A DNA stretch of 32,000 nt from Haloferax volcanii DS2 (GCF_000025685.1 NC_013967.1:180001-212000); one strand, 5' to 3'. Shown: positions 1 through 10,111, counted from the first letter of the stretch. Notes: a model not told the origin generated them from the sequence alone. Made by a program: numbers and translations.

Positions 1-114
1 GTCCGCCCCTCGGGGACGGAGCCGAAGATGCGCGTCTACGCCGAAGCCGGGAGCGAAGACGCGGTCTCGACGCTCCTCGAAGCCGGCCGCGAACTCGTCG
101 AACCGCTCGTCTGA
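1..114 (+). CDS. 3' end of an alpha-D-phosphohexomutase family gene (PGM/PMM/GlmM-like), truncated by the window edge
   Basis: Frame 1 reads VRPSGTEPKMRVYAEAGSEDAVSTLLEAGRELVEPLV* with TGA at 112-114. RPSGTEPxxRVYxEA matches the conserved C-terminal domain-4 phosphate-binding loop of phosphohexomutases. Confidence 0.6.
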   Translation, partial: VRPSGTEPKMRVYAEAGSEDAVSTLLEAGRELVEPLV

Positions 115-123
115 GCGGGCGGT

Positions 124-504
124 TCAGGGCTCTCGTCTCTCTTCTTCGTCGCCGACCGGTCTGACGACCCCGCGGTACGCCGGCGTGAAAAGCGGGAGCG
201 TCTCCGCGTGCTCGGTCAGCGAGACGCCGTCGCCCCCGGACTCGACGAGGTCCGCGGCCTGAAGCTTCGGCAGGTGGACGTGAACGATGCCGACCTCCGC
301 CTGCTGGACGACCTGCACGTCGACCTCGTCGGGCGGGAGGTCGGTCGTCCGAACCGCGAGGGCGACCGCGAGGTCCCAGACCGACGCCGGCTCCGACCGG
401 TCGTGGAGGTACTCCAGCACGTAGCGGCGCGACGGGTCCGCGAGCGCGTCGAACACGCGGTCCCAGTCGGTCAGGATACGGTCGCTCCGGTCTCGGTGTG
501 CCAT
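124..504 (-). CDS. Winged-helix (ArsR-like, haloarchaeal DUF7344-type) putative transcription regulator, 126 aa
   Basis: ORF 124..591 is trimmed to the internal ATG (cat at 502-504). The upstream 29 codons are Arg/Ser-rich junk. The protein MAHRDRSDRILTDWDRVFDALADPSRRYVLEYL...HVHLPKLQAADLV has the typical haloarchaeal wHTH pattern. Confidence 0.6.
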   Translation of the reverse strand: MAHRDRSDRILTDWDRVFDALADPSRRYVLEYLHDRSEPASVWDLAVALAVRTTDLPPDEVDVQVVQQAEVGIVHVHLPKLQAADLVESGGDGVSLTEHAETLPLFTPAYRGVVRPVGDEEERREP

Positions 505-587
505 GGGCCTTGACTCCCTAGCGCTTGACGACCGGCGGCTAAATCTGTGTCGATTGTTAACTCTCAACATCCGCGGCGGCGCGGCCG

Positions 588-998
588 TCACTCGTCGCGC
601 AGGACGCCGCGAAACCGCCCCTCGTCGTCGCTTCGGTCCTCGATGTCGAATCCGAGCGACTCGTAGAACGGCTTGACGCCCCCGTCGAAGTCGACGACGA
701 GTCGGCCCCGGCGGTCGAGCGCCGCACGGACGAGTTGGGTTCCGACCCCCCGGCCGCGGCGACTCGGGGAGACGGCTACGGCCTCGATATAGTCGCCGTC
801 GAGCGCCAGCGCGCCGACGACCCGGCCGGACGCCTCCGCGACGAGGCAGTCGCCGGCGGCCAGTCGGTCGCGGATTTCGCCCGCGTCGGCTTCGAGCAGT
901 CCGGCGTCGAGGACGCGCATCACGGCCACCAGTTCGTCGGGGTCGCCCTCGCGGACGCGGGCTCCGCCGGTCTCACGGTCTCTCTCGGTGTCTTCCAT
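588..998 (-). CDS. GNAT family N-acetyltransferase, 136 aa
   Basis: The start is the internal ATG (cat 996-998) after a 94-codon Arg-rich extension. The acetyl-CoA binding motif A is present: [20 protein letters not shown] (Q/RxxGxG/A), followed by FYESLGF. It begins 8 nt downstream of the SAMP2 stop on the same strand. Confidence 0.75.
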   Translation of the reverse strand: MEDTERDRETGGARVREGDPDELVAVMRVLDAGLLEADAGEIRDRLAAGDCLVAEASGRVVGALALDGDYIEAVAVSPSRRGRGVGTQLVRAALDRRGRLVVDFDGGVKPFYESLGFDIEDRSDDEGRFRGVLRDE

Positions 999-1006
999 AC
1001 CGCCGA

Positions 1007-1207
1007 CTACCCGCCTTTGATGAGGCGGAGCACCTTCACGCGGTCGACTTCGACGGACTGGTCTTCGGGGACGGGGCGGCCGTCGACGAGGACGGTCACC
1101 TCGTGGGGGCTGAGGTCCACCGCCCGCACGAGGTCCGCGTAGGTCCCGTCGTCGTCGACGGCGACCTCGCTGGTCTCCTCGCCGACGACCTCGACGGTCA
1201 CGTTCAT
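1007..1207 (-). CDS. samp2: Ubiquitin-like small archaeal modifier protein (SAMP2-type, beta-grasp ThiS/MoaD fold), 66 aa ending in GG
   Basis: The protein is [66 protein letters not shown], with ATG at 1205-1207 and a C-terminal diglycine. As far as I can recall, the length and sequence match H. volcanii SAMP2 (unverified). Confidence 0.85.
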   Translation of the reverse strand: MNVTVEVVGEETSEVAVDDDGTYADLVRAVDLSPHEVTVLVDGRPVPEDQSVEVDRVKVLRLIKGG

Positions 1208-1280
1208 GGTCGCTCGTGGGTCGGGCGCGGGTTTCAGTCCGTCGGCTCGGCGTCGGCCGGGGGCGGTCTCCGTCTCGCAC

Positions 1281-1290
1281 GGTTTATGTG
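1281..1290 (+). promoter_or_regulatory. TATA-like box for rfcA (ggTTTATgtg), centred about 28 bp upstream of the ATG
   Basis: An AT-rich hexamer in an otherwise GC-rich spacer. The spacing to the start codon fits a leaderless haloarchaeal promoter. Confidence 0.5.
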
Positions 1291-1312
1291 CGGGGCGGTC
1301 GGTAGAACGGAT

Positions 1313-2296
1313 ATGAGCGAGGCCGCGGAGTCGGGCGACGCCCCGGCGGGTCGTGAAATCTGGATCGAGAAGTACCGACCGCAGACCTTCGACGACGTCT
1401 ACGGGCAGGACGACATCGTCGAGCGCCTGCGCAGCTACATCGAGCGCGACGACCTGCCGCACCTCCTGTTCGCGGGGCCGGCGGGCGTCGGCAAGACCAC
1501 CTCCGCGACGGCCATCGCCCGCGCCATCTACGGCGACGACTGGCGCGGCAACTTCCTCGAACTCAACGCCTCCGACGAGCGCGGTATCGACGTGGTCCGC
1601 GACCGCATCAAGAACTTCGCGCGCTCGTCGTTCGGCGGTCACGACTACCGCGTCATCTTCCTCGACGAGGCCGACTCGCTGACGAACGACGCGCAGTCGG
1701 CGCTCCGCCGGACGATGGAGCAGTTCTCCGACAACACGCGCTTCATCCTCTCGTGTAACTACTCCTCGAAGATTATCGACCCCATCCAGTCGCGCTGCGC
1801 GGTGTTCCGGTTTTCCCCGCTCGGCGACGACGCCATCGCGGAGCAGGTCCGCGACATCGCCGCCGCCGAGGACATCGAGGTCACGGAAGACGGCCTCGAC
1901 GCGCTGGTCTACGCCGCCGGCGGCGACATGCGCCGCGCCATCAACTCCCTTCAGGCCGCCGCGACGACCGGCGAGGTCGTCGACGAGGAGGCCGTCTACA
2001 TGATTACCTCGACGGCCCGCCCCGAGGACATCGAGGAGATGGTCCGGGCCGCCATCGACGGCGAGTTCACGGCCGCGCGCAAGCAGTTAGAGACGCTCAT
2101 CGTCGACACCGGGATGGCCGGCGGCGACATCATCGACCAGCTTCACCGCTCGGTCTGGGAGTTCGACCTCGACGAGCGCGACGCCGTCCGCCTCATGGAG
2201 CGCATCGGCGAGGCCGACTACCGCATCTCCGAGGGCGCGAACGAGCAGGTCCAACTCGAAGCGCTCCTCGCGTCGCTCGCGCTCTCGCAGAACTGA
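1313..2296 (+). CDS. rfcA: Replication factor C small subunit (clamp loader), 327 aa
   Basis: ATG at 1313. The protein has [17 protein letters not shown] (RFC box II), Walker [14 protein letters not shown]-like [12 protein letters not shown] motif QSRCAVFRF and sensor 2 GDMRRAIN. There is no intein. Confidence 0.95.
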   Translation: MSEAAESGDAPAGREIWIEKYRPQTFDDVYGQDDIVERLRSYIERDDLPHLLFAGPAGVGKTTSATAIARAIYGDDWRGNFLELNASDERGIDVVRDRIKNFARSSFGGHDYRVIFLDEADSLTNDAQSALRRTMEQFSDNTRFILSCNYSSKIIDPIQSRCAVFRFSPLGDDAIAEQVRDIAAAEDIEVTEDGLDALVYAAGGDMRRAINSLQAAATTGEVVDEEAVYMITSTARPEDIEEMVRAAIDGEFTAARKQLETLIVDTGMAGGDIIDQLHRSVWEFDLDERDAVRLMERIGEADYRISEGANEQVQLEALLASLALSQN

Positions 2297-2363
2297 ACGC
2301 AGGACACTGCACCGGTCGTTTCGACGCCGCGGTCTCCGGTCTCTCCACTCGTTTTCGCGTCTG

Positions 2364-4730
2364 TCACGCCCGGAACTCGAAGCGCGCGCCGCCCGCCGTT
2401 CCGGAGGTCACGATGGCCGACCAGCCGTGGGCCTCGGCGATGGATTGGACGATGGCCAGCCCGTAGCCGATGCCGTCCTCGCCGGTCGTCTCGCCCGGTT
2501 CGAACACCTCGTCGCGGCGCTCGGGCTCGATGCCGGGGCCGTCGTCTTCGACGTAGAAGCCGCCGTCGACGCCGCCGACCTCGACGCGCACGTCGCGGCC
2601 GTCGTGTTCGACGGCGTCGTCGGGAGTATCCCGACTGCCCGTCGAGCCGTGCTCGACGGCGTCACCAGACGCAGTCTGGTTGCCCGTGGAACCATGTTCG
2701 ACGGCGTTCCGAAACAGATTGGAAAGCAGTTCGGCGAGGCGGTCCTCGTCGGCGTCGACGACGACCGACTGGCTGGTGACCAACTCGGCGTCGCCGGTAT
2801 CGGTGGTCGCCCACGCCTGCCGGGCGACCGCCCCGAGGTCGACGCGCTCCGTCTCGTCGACCAGTTGGCCGCGGCGAGCGAGCGACAGCAGGTCGTCGAT
2901 GAGTTCTTCCATCTGTTCGAGCGCCCGCTCGGCGGTGTCGAACCGCACCTCGTCGCCGGTCTCGCGGGCCAGTTCGAGGTTCCCGCGGGCGACCGAAAGC
3001 GGGTTGCGAAGGTCGTGGCTCACGATGTTCGCGAACTCTTCGAGGCGCTCGTTCTGTCGCTCTAGCTCGCTTTCGCGGGTCTTCCGCTCCGTGATGTCGG
3101 TGTAGATGGCGTACCCCGCCCCGCGCTCCTCGCCGGGCGACAGCGGGACGACGTTCAGGATGAACTCGCGGACGCCGCCGTCGGTCCGGCGGCGGACCTC
3201 CCCGCGGTAGCTCTCGCCGGTGGCGACGAGGAGTTCGGGGATGGTCTCGTCGGCCCCCGGTTCCGGCACCGGGTCCGGGTCCGGCTCCGGCGGGACGATT
3301 CGCCCGAGGAGGTCGCTGCCGACCACGTCGTCGGCGTCGTAGCCGAACGCCGACTGGAACGCCCGATTCACGTCGCGAACGGTGACCGCGCCGGCTTCCA
3401 CGTCGTAGGCGACGGCGGCGTCGGAGACGTGTTCGAACAGCGCCGTCGAGCGGTCGCGCTCCTCGCGGAGCCGCGACTCGGCGCGGATGCGCTCGGCCGT
3501 GACCGCGACGTGCGCCATGAGGAGTTCGGCCAGTTCGGCGTCGCGCTCGTCGAACGCGCCGGGGGTGAACGTGGTCGCCTGAAAGACGCCGAGGTCCCCG
3601 ATGGGGACGCTCAGGACCGCGCGGTACATCCGCTTGACCGGCCTGGCCTCGGGGTGGTTGCGCACGTCGTCGGTGATGTCCGTGTTCCCCGACAGGTACA
3701 CCTCGGCCGCGATGCCGCCGTCGTCGAGCGGGACGCGCTCCGCGCCGTCGGCCGGCGCGTCCGACGAGATAGCCGCCGGAACGATGTAGCCGTCCTCGAC
3801 GACGCCCACGTAGCTGATGTCGAACTCGAGGATGTCGTCGGTGATTTCGACGGTCTGTTCGAACAGTTCGTCGAGGCTCGTCGCCGCGGCCAGTTCGGTG
3901 GCTCCTCGGTGGAGTCGCTCTATCTGCTCGCGGCTCTTTCTGACGGCGGCTTCGGACTCGATGCGGCTCCGCGTCTCGGAGACGTAGGACACGAGGAGTT
4001 CGGCCAGCGTGAGGTCGGTCTCGTCGTACGCGCCGACCTCGTTGGAGATGGCCTGAAACACGCCGTCGTCGCCCAGCGGGACGCTCACCGCCGAGCGGTA
4101 CGCGGGGTCGTCGGGGTCGGCCACGGGGTGGTCGCGCACGTCGTCCACGAGAAACGAGCGTTTGGTCCGGTGCGTCTCCCCGAGCAGGCCCGTGTCCGAG
4201 GGAATCGGCCCCGTCCCGGCCATATCGTCGTTGTTGGCGGCGACGTAGAAGCTGTCCCCGTCGTGGACGAAAAACGAGGTGTTGTCGAACTCGAGGATGT
4301 GCTCCGTGAGGCCGATGGCGCGCTCGTAGAGTTCGTCGACCGTCCCGGCCGTGATGAGGTCCGTCGTCCCCTCGTAGAGCCGCTTGAGCCGGTCCCACTC
4401 GGCGTCGTTTCGGGCCAGCGCCACCTCCTCGGCGTCTCTGTCGGCGGTCGATGCGAGCACCCATCGAACCTGCGATTCGAGCCCGGAGCGGTCGCCGCGG
4501 CTGACGTAGGCGTCGAATCGGGCCGGCCGCTCGACGGCCTCGGGCGACACCTCGGTGTACAGAATCGTCGGCACGTCGCGGGGTATCTCGGCGTCCGGGT
4601 CCGTGACGACGACGCACGCCGCGTCGCTCGGGTCGTTCTCGTCACTCGCTGACGCCACCGTGACCCCGTCGCCGAGGGCGATATCGTCGAAGTCGTCGTC
4701 CACGAAAACCGTTGGGTCCGTCGCGTGCAC
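2364..4730 (-). CDS. Sensor histidine kinase with two GAF domains, a PAS domain, HisKA and HATPase_c, 788 aa
   Basis: The H-box is FANIVSHDLRNPL and the N-box is LFRNAVEHG. The G-boxes are DDGPGI and GYGLAIV. Two GAF-like blocks are each followed by SVPLGD(D)GVFQA and SVPIGDLGVFQA. A PAS-like block lies before the coiled linker. The start is GTG at 4728-4730 and is somewhat uncertain. Confidence 0.85.
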   Translation of the reverse strand: MHATDPTVFVDDDFDDIALGDGVTVASASDENDPSDAACVVVTDPDAEIPRDVPTILYTEVSPEAVERPARFDAYVSRGDRSGLESQVRWVLASTADRDAEEVALARNDAEWDRLKRLYEGTTDLITAGTVDELYERAIGLTEHILEFDNTSFFVHDGDSFYVAANNDDMAGTGPIPSDTGLLGETHRTKRSFLVDDVRDHPVADPDDPAYRSAVSVPLGDDGVFQAISNEVGAYDETDLTLAELLVSYVSETRSRIESEAAVRKSREQIERLHRGATELAAATSLDELFEQTVEITDDILEFDISYVGVVEDGYIVPAAISSDAPADGAERVPLDDGGIAAEVYLSGNTDITDDVRNHPEARPVKRMYRAVLSVPIGDLGVFQATTFTPGAFDERDAELAELLMAHVAVTAERIRAESRLREERDRSTALFEHVSDAAVAYDVEAGAVTVRDVNRAFQSAFGYDADDVVGSDLLGRIVPPEPDPDPVPEPGADETIPELLVATGESYRGEVRRRTDGGVREFILNVVPLSPGEERGAGYAIYTDITERKTRESELERQNERLEEFANIVSHDLRNPLSVARGNLELARETGDEVRFDTAERALEQMEELIDDLLSLARRGQLVDETERVDLGAVARQAWATTDTGDAELVTSQSVVVDADEDRLAELLSNLFRNAVEHGSTGNQTASGDAVEHGSTGSRDTPDDAVEHDGRDVRVEVGGVDGGFYVEDDGPGIEPERRDEVFEPGETTGEDGIGYGLAIVQSIAEAHGWSAIVTSGTAGGARFEFRA
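2604..2708 (-). repeat. Imperfect 45-bp (15-codon) tandem repeat, about 2.3 copies, inside the kinase N-box
   Basis: On the + strand, gTGTTCGACGGCGTc lies at 2604-2618, gTGCTCGACGGCGTc at 2649-2663 and aTGTTCGACGGCGTt at 2694-2708, with a period of exactly 45 bp. This encodes NAVEHGSTGNQTASGD / AVEHGSTGSRDTPDD / AVEHDGRDVRV. Confidence 0.85.
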
Positions 4731-4850
4731 GGCAGTCCCCCTACTGGAGGGCGACGAGAACTATAATCGTTGCGGCATGTTCTCAATGAGCAAGAACACG
4801 CCGCGAGCGGTCCGATTCGGCGGCGCGGCGCTTTGACCTCGCCGGATTCC

Positions 4851-5336
4851 TCAGTTTAGCGACCAGAACCCGTAGTTGAGCGCGGCGGCGAAGCACGTCC
4901 ACAGGAGGTAGGGGACGAGGAGGGCGGCGGCGCGCCGATTGACGGCGGCGAACTCGCGCGTCGTCGCCAGAATCGCCGCGAGGAGGACGACGATGACGGC
5001 GAGGCCGACCGCGGGCGACCGCAGTCCGAAGAACGCCGCGGACCACGCGACGTTGACGACGAGGTGGCCGACGAAGACGGCGAGCGCCCGCTCGCGGCGG
5101 GGGTGGTCGCGCCGGGAGACGAGCCACGCGGCGACGCCCATGAGGGTAAACAGCGTCACCCAGACCGGGCCGAACACCCAGTTCGGCGGGGCGAACCACG
5201 GGCGGGCGAGCGTCGCGTACCACGACCCCGCGTCGGTGACGGTGAAGACACTCCCGAGCGCGCCTGCGAGTTGCGCGAGGGCGACCCACGCGAGCAGTTC
5301 GACCGCCGGTCGCCGCCGGAGCGAAGCGAGTTTCAT
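4851..5336 (-). CDS. tspO: TspO/MBR family tryptophan-rich sensory protein (5-TM), 161 aa
   Basis: ATG at 5334-5336. The protein has [33 protein letters not shown]...[10 protein letters not shown]...[16 protein letters not shown], which are the TspO signature Trp-rich motifs. Confidence 0.85.
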   Translation of the reverse strand: MKLASLRRRPAVELLAWVALAQLAGALGSVFTVTDAGSWYATLARPWFAPPNWVFGPVWVTLFTLMGVAAWLVSRRDHPRRERALAVFVGHLVVNVAWSAAFFGLRSPAVGLAVIVVLLAAILATTREFAAVNRRAAALLVPYLLWTCFAAALNYGFWSLN

Positions 5337-5427
5337 ACTCTTCGTTCGCTCGGGTGGGAAATGAACGACGCGGCCCGTGCGGGCGAAATTGTGGGGAATC
5401 GGGCGTCTGCGTCCATCTCCCGGAACT

Positions 5428-5434
5428 GTTTTAC
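5428..5434 (+). promoter_or_regulatory. TATA-like box for alaS (GTTTTAC), centred about 28 bp upstream of the ATG
   Basis: It lies in the 122-bp divergent tspO/alaS spacer. The same cTTTTAC element occurs at the same distance upstream of the CDS starting at 25994. Confidence 0.4.
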
Positions 5435-5458
5435 CCGACGGTAGACCAGAGTTTGGCA

Positions 5459-8227
5459 ATGAGCGAACTCGAAGCGGAGTACCGCCTCGACTACTTCGAG
5501 GAGGAGGGCTTCTACCGGAAGCAGTGCCCCGTGACGGGGGTCCACTTCTGGACACGAGACCCCGACCGCGAGACTTGCGGCGAACCGCCCGCCGACGACT
5601 ACACCTTCATCGACAACCCCGGCTTCGACGAGGAGTACACCCTCGAAGAGATGCGCGAGAAGTTCCTCTCCTTCTTCGAGGAACACGACCACGAGCGCAT
5701 CGACCCCTACCCGGTCGCCGCGAACCGCTGGCGCGACGACGTGCTCTTGACGCAGGCCTCTATCTACGACTTCCAGCCACTCGTCACGTCCGGCGAGACG
5801 CCGCCGCCGGCCAACCCGCTGACCGTCTCCCAACCCTGCATCCGGATGCAGGACATCGACAACGTGGGCAAGACCGGTCGCCACACGATGGCGTTCGAGA
5901 TGATGGCCCACCACGCGTTCAACGCCCGCGAGGAGGCCGGCGACAAGTACGCTTACGAGGGCGAGGTCTACTGGAAGGACGAGACGGTCCGCCTCTGCGA
6001 CGAGTTCTTCGAGTCGCTCGGCGCTGACATCTCCGAAATCACCTACATCGAGGACCCGTGGGTCGGCGGCGGCAACGCCGGTCCGGCCTTCGAGGTGCTC
6101 TACCGCGGTGCCGAACTCGCCACCCTCGTCTTCATGTCGATGAAGCAGGACCCCGACGGCGACTACGAACTCAAGGACGGCAACACCTACTCGCCGATGG
6201 ACACCTACATCGTCGACACGGGCTACGGGCTCGAACGGTGGACGTGGGTGTCGCAGGGGACGCCGACGGTGTACGAGGCCGTCTACCCCGACATGATCGA
6301 GTTCCTCAAGGACAACGTCGGCATCGAACACACCGACGAGGAGGAGGAACTCATCCACCGCGCGGCGAAGCTCTCGGGCCACCTCGACATCGACGAAATC
6401 GACGACCTCGCCACCGCGCGCGCCGAAGTCGCGGGCGAACTCGGCGTCGACGAGGCCGAACTCACTTCGCTGCTCCGCCCGCTCGAAGACATCTACGCCA
6501 TCGCGGACCACTGCCGAACCCTCGCGTACATGTTCGGCGACGGCATCGTCCCCTCGAACGTCGGGACGGGCTACCTCGCCCGTATGGTCCTCCGGCGCAC
6601 CAAGCGCCTCGTGGACAACCTCGGCGTGGACGCCCCGCTCGACGAACTCGTGGACATGCAGGCCGAGCGCCTCGACTACCAGAACCGCGACACCATCCGC
6701 GACATCGTCCGCAGCGAGGAGCGCAAGTACAGAAAGACGCTCGAACGCGGCTCCCGTAAGGTCCAGCAGCTCGCCGACGACTACGCCGACACGGACGAGC
6801 CCATCCCGCTCGACGAGCTCATCGAGCTGTACGACTCCCACGGCATCCAGCCCGACATGGTGCAGGACATCGCGGAAGAGCGCGGCGCGACCGTCGACAT
6901 CCCCGACGACTTCTACTCGCTCGTCGCCGACCGCCACGAGCAGGTCGACGGCGAGGGCGAGGCCGACGAGCGCGACGACCGCCTCGGCGACCTGCCGGCG
7001 ACGGACAAGCTCTACTACGACGACCAGGAACGCACCGAGTTCGAGGCCGTCGTCCTCGACGTGTTCGAGCGCGAGGAGGGCTACGACGTGGTCCTCGACC
7101 AGACGATGTTCTACCCCGAAGGCGGCGGTCAGCCCGCCGACCACGGCTCGCTCGCCACCGACGACACGACGGTCGAAGTGACCGACGTGCAAATCGTGGG
7201 CGACGTGGTGCTCCACCGAACCGACGAGGACCCCGGTAAGGGCGAGTTCGTCCGCGGCCAGCTCGACGCCGAGCGCCGCCGTCGGCTCATGCGCCACCAC
7301 ACGGCGACCCACGTCATCGGCCACGCCATCCGGACGGTCCTCGGCGACCACATCCGGCAGGCCGGCGCGTCGAAGGGCGTCGACCGCTCGCGGCTCGACG
7401 TGACCCACTACGACCGCATCACCCGCGAGGAGGTCACGCAGATAGAGCGCGTCGCCAACGAAATCGTGATGCGGAACATCCCGGTCAAACAGGAGTGGCC
7501 GGACCGCCGCGACGCCGAGAAGAAGTACGGCTTCGACCTCTATCAGGGCGGTATCCCGCCGGGCGAGCAGATTCGCCTCATCCACGTCGGCAGCGACGTG
7601 CAGGCCTGCGGCGGCACCCACGTCAAGCGCACCGGCGACATCGGGGCCGTCAAGGTGCTGACGACGGAGCCCGTGCAGGACGGCGTCGAGCGCGTCGTCT
7701 TCGCGGCGGGCGACGCGGCCGTCGAGGCCACCCAGCGCACCGAGGACGCGCTGTACGGCGCGGCCGACGTGCTCGACGTGAACCCCGCGGACGTGCCCGA
7801 GACGGCAGAGCGCTTCTTCACCGAGTGGAAGGAGCGCGGCAAGACCATCGACCGCCTGAAGACGGAACTCGCCGAGGCGCGCGCCGCGGCGGGGGCCGAC
7901 GAAATCGACATCGACGGCACGCCCGCCGTCGTCCAGCGCCTCGACGGCGACGCGGACGAACTCCGCGCGACCGCGAACGCGCTGGTCGAAGAGGGGAAGG
8001 TCGCCGTTCTCGGCTCCGCCGCGGGCGGCAGCGCCCAGTTCGTCGTCGGCGTCCCCGACGACGTGGGCATCAACGCCGGGCAGGTCGTCGGTCGACTCGC
8101 CGGCAAGGTCGGCGGCGGCGGCGGCGGTCCCGCGGACTTCGCGCAGGGCGGCGGCCCCGACGTGGACGCGCTCGACGGCGCGCTCGACGAGGCTCCCGAC
8201 GTGCTTCGGACGGTCCTGAACGCCTGA
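5459..8227 (+). CDS. alaS: Alanine--tRNA ligase (archaeal type), 922 aa
   Basis: ATG at 5459-5461. The N-terminus is [27 protein letters not shown]. The class II core has [13 protein letters not shown], and the editing domain has HTATHV...CGGTHV (HxxxH/CxxxH). A C-terminal DHHA1-like [15 protein letters not shown] is present. Confidence 0.95.
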   Translation: MSELEAEYRLDYFEEEGFYRKQCPVTGVHFWTRDPDRETCGEPPADDYTFIDNPGFDEEYTLEEMREKFLSFFEEHDHERIDPYPVAANRWRDDVLLTQASIYDFQPLVTSGETPPPANPLTVSQPCIRMQDIDNVGKTGRHTMAFEMMAHHAFNAREEAGDKYAYEGEVYWKDETVRLCDEFFESLGADISEITYIEDPWVGGGNAGPAFEVLYRGAELATLVFMSMKQDPDGDYELKDGNTYSPMDTYIVDTGYGLERWTWVSQGTPTVYEAVYPDMIEFLKDNVGIEHTDEEEELIHRAAKLSGHLDIDEIDDLATARAEVAGELGVDEAELTSLLRPLEDIYAIADHCRTLAYMFGDGIVPSNVGTGYLARMVLRRTKRLVDNLGVDAPLDELVDMQAERLDYQNRDTIRDIVRSEERKYRKTLERGSRKVQQLADDYADTDEPIPLDELIELYDSHGIQPDMVQDIAEERGATVDIPDDFYSLVADRHEQVDGEGEADERDDRLGDLPATDKLYYDDQERTEFEAVVLDVFEREEGYDVVLDQTMFYPEGGGQPADHGSLATDDTTVEVTDVQIVGDVVLHRTDEDPGKGEFVRGQLDAERRRRLMRHHTATHVIGHAIRTVLGDHIRQAGASKGVDRSRLDVTHYDRITREEVTQIERVANEIVMRNIPVKQEWPDRRDAEKKYGFDLYQGGIPPGEQIRLIHVGSDVQACGGTHVKRTGDIGAVKVLTTEPVQDGVERVVFAAGDAAVEATQRTEDALYGAADVLDVNPADVPETAERFFTEWKERGKTIDRLKTELAEARAAAGADEIDIDGTPAVVQRLDGDADELRATANALVEEGKVAVLGSAAGGSAQFVVGVPDDVGINAGQVVGRLAGKVGGGGGGPADFAQGGGPDVDALDGALDEAPDVLRTVLNA

Positions 8228-8331
8228 GTCGGTCGCGCGACGCCGACGAGTTCGCGTTCGCTTTCGCGGTTTCGCTTGCTTCGCGTCCGCGAGACGGACG
8301 CCCTAAGTCGCTCGCCCGCCGAGCCCCCGGT

Positions 8332-9108
8332 ATGCCCACGGCAGTCGCGGACGGGGTCGAACTGTACTACGACAGCGAGGGCGACGGCGAGACGGTCGCC
8401 TTCGTCGGCGACGCGGGCTACGGCGCGTGGCAGTGGGGGTGGCAGCACGCCGCCGTCGCCGGCCGCTACGAGAGCCTCGTGACCGACCTCCGCGGGGCCG
8501 GCCGCTCCGACGCGCCCGCGGGGCCGTACTCGGTCGCGACGCTCGTCTCCGACCTCGTGGCCGTCCTCGCGGACGCGAACGTCAGGAAGGCCCACCTCGT
8601 CGGATTCGGCCTCGGCGGGCTGGTCGCGCTGGAGGCCGCGCGGACGACGAACCGCGCCCGGAGCCTCACGCTCGTCGGCACCGCCGCCTCCGGGGATGGC
8701 ATCGACCCCGACCCGCTCTCCGCCGCGCCCGACGACCCGGCCGCGCTCCGCGAGTCGCTCGCGCCGGCGCTCTCCGAAGAATTTCGCGCGGAACAGCCTG
8801 ACGTGGTCGAGCAACTCGTCTCGTGGCGCAAACGGGAGGACGCCGACCCCGAGGCGTGGGCCGCGCAGGCCGCCGCCGTCGCCGACTACGACGCCGGCCC
8901 GCTGTACGAGGTGACGGTCCCGACGCTCGTCCTCCACGGCGGCGACGACCCGGTCTGGCCGGTCGAGGGTGGCCGCGCGCTGGCCGAGGGTCTCCCCCGC
9001 GGCGAGTTCGAGTCGTTCGCGGGCGCGCGCCACCTCGTCACCGTCGAGCGGTCGCGGCTCGTCAACGACGCGCTCGTCTCCTTTCTCGAATCGCTCGACG
9101 ACGACTGA
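8332..9108 (+). CDS. Alpha/beta-fold hydrolase, 258 aa
   Basis: ATG at 8332. The nucleophile elbow is GFGLGG (GxSxG-like with the Ser position replaced, HLVGFGLGGLVA), with C-terminal LVLHGGDDPVWP and ARHLV. The overall pattern is that of the abhydrolase_1/6 family. Confidence 0.75.
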   Translation: MPTAVADGVELYYDSEGDGETVAFVGDAGYGAWQWGWQHAAVAGRYESLVTDLRGAGRSDAPAGPYSVATLVSDLVAVLADANVRKAHLVGFGLGGLVALEAARTTNRARSLTLVGTAASGDGIDPDPLSAAPDDPAALRESLAPALSEEFRAEQPDVVEQLVSWRKREDADPEAWAAQAAAVADYDAGPLYEVTVPTLVLHGGDDPVWPVEGGRALAEGLPRGEFESFAGARHLVTVERSRLVNDALVSFLESLDDD

Positions 9109-9222
9109 GCGTCGCTGTCGGGCGCTCTCCCCGCGGTCGCCGCCGACGCGCCCCGTCGCAGATGCCGGCAGTGAGCGTTCCGGGCGCAACTTCTTTAGAG
9201 CCGCACCGATTGTCTCTCCACG

Positions 9223-9936
9223 ATGACTCGCCCGCGACTCGCGTTCTTGGACGCCTCCCACGGCGATTCGAGCACGTCACGAAACTTCAGGCGCGAACTC
9301 GACGCCGACCTCGTCGAGTTCGACGTGACCGACGGCCGTCTCCCCGACCACTTCGACTACGACGGCGTCGTTATCAGCGGCTCGTCGTCCTCGGTCTACT
9401 GGGACGAGCCGTGGATTCGCAACCTCGTGTCGTGGGTCGCCGACGCCGACGAGCGCGGCGTCCCCCTCTTGGGCGTCTGTTTCGGCCACCAGGTCGTCGC
9501 GGCGGCGCTCGGCGGCACCGTCGAGGACATGGGCGCGTTCGAACTCGGCTACAACGAAATCGAGCGGACTCGCCCGGACGACGGGAACGACATCCTCGCC
9601 GGCATCGGTGAGCGCTTCACCGTCTTCACCTCCCACGGCGACCGGGTGACGGAACTCCCGTCTGGAGCGGACCTCCTCGCCGAAAACGAGTTCGGCGTCC
9701 ACGCGTTCCGCCGGAATCACGCCTTCGGCGTCCAGTTCCACCCCGAGTACGACACCGACACCGCAGAAGCCATCGCCCGCCAGAAGGACTTCCTCCCCGA
9801 CGAGCGGATTCGCTCGGTCGTCGACGGTATCACGCCGGAGAACTACGCCGCCGCCTGCGAGGCAAAGCGCCTGTTCGACAACTTCGTCACCTACGTGAAC
9901 CGGACGAACGCGGGCTCGGTCGAATCGGCGGCCTGA
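9223..9936 (+). CDS. Class I glutamine amidotransferase-like protein, 237 aa
   Basis: The nucleophile elbow is LLGVCFGHQVVAAALGG and the catalytic His-Glu is FGVQFHPEYD. A TATA-like ttcTTTAgag at 9191-9200 lies about 28 bp upstream. Confidence 0.8.
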   Translation: MTRPRLAFLDASHGDSSTSRNFRRELDADLVEFDVTDGRLPDHFDYDGVVISGSSSSVYWDEPWIRNLVSWVADADERGVPLLGVCFGHQVVAAALGGTVEDMGAFELGYNEIERTRPDDGNDILAGIGERFTVFTSHGDRVTELPSGADLLAENEFGVHAFRRNHAFGVQFHPEYDTDTAEAIARQKDFLPDERIRSVVDGITPENYAAACEAKRLFDNFVTYVNRTNAGSVESAA

Positions 9937-10111
9937 GCGTTCCGACGGTCGCGAGCCGTCTTCGAGTCGCATCCGAGCCGCCGTCGAGTCGTGCCCCTCT
10001 CGCTGCCGAGCCGCGCCTGCCCCGCTTTCGTCACCGACTTTTCGGTCGTCCGTCTTCCCCGAATCTCGACCGAGCGAATCGCTTTTCACCGCGCCGAGCG
10101 CAGGGTCTATC

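Noticed and set aside
2662-4617. A 651-aa same-strand, alternative-frame ORF inside the histidine kinase gene. The 2427..3065, 3429..4652 and 4085..4786 ORFs are in the same category.
   Set aside because: These translations are extremely Arg/Pro/Gly-rich. The kinase frame carries full GAF, PAS, HisKA and HATPase motifs, so they are frame-shadow artefacts.
5333-7621. A 762-aa ORF antisense to alaS.
   Set aside because: Its composition is dominated by V/A/G/R/D/L/E with no recognisable motifs. It mirrors a gene with unambiguous AlaRS motifs. This is the typical long shadow ORF of a high-GC genome, where stop codons are rare in all frames.
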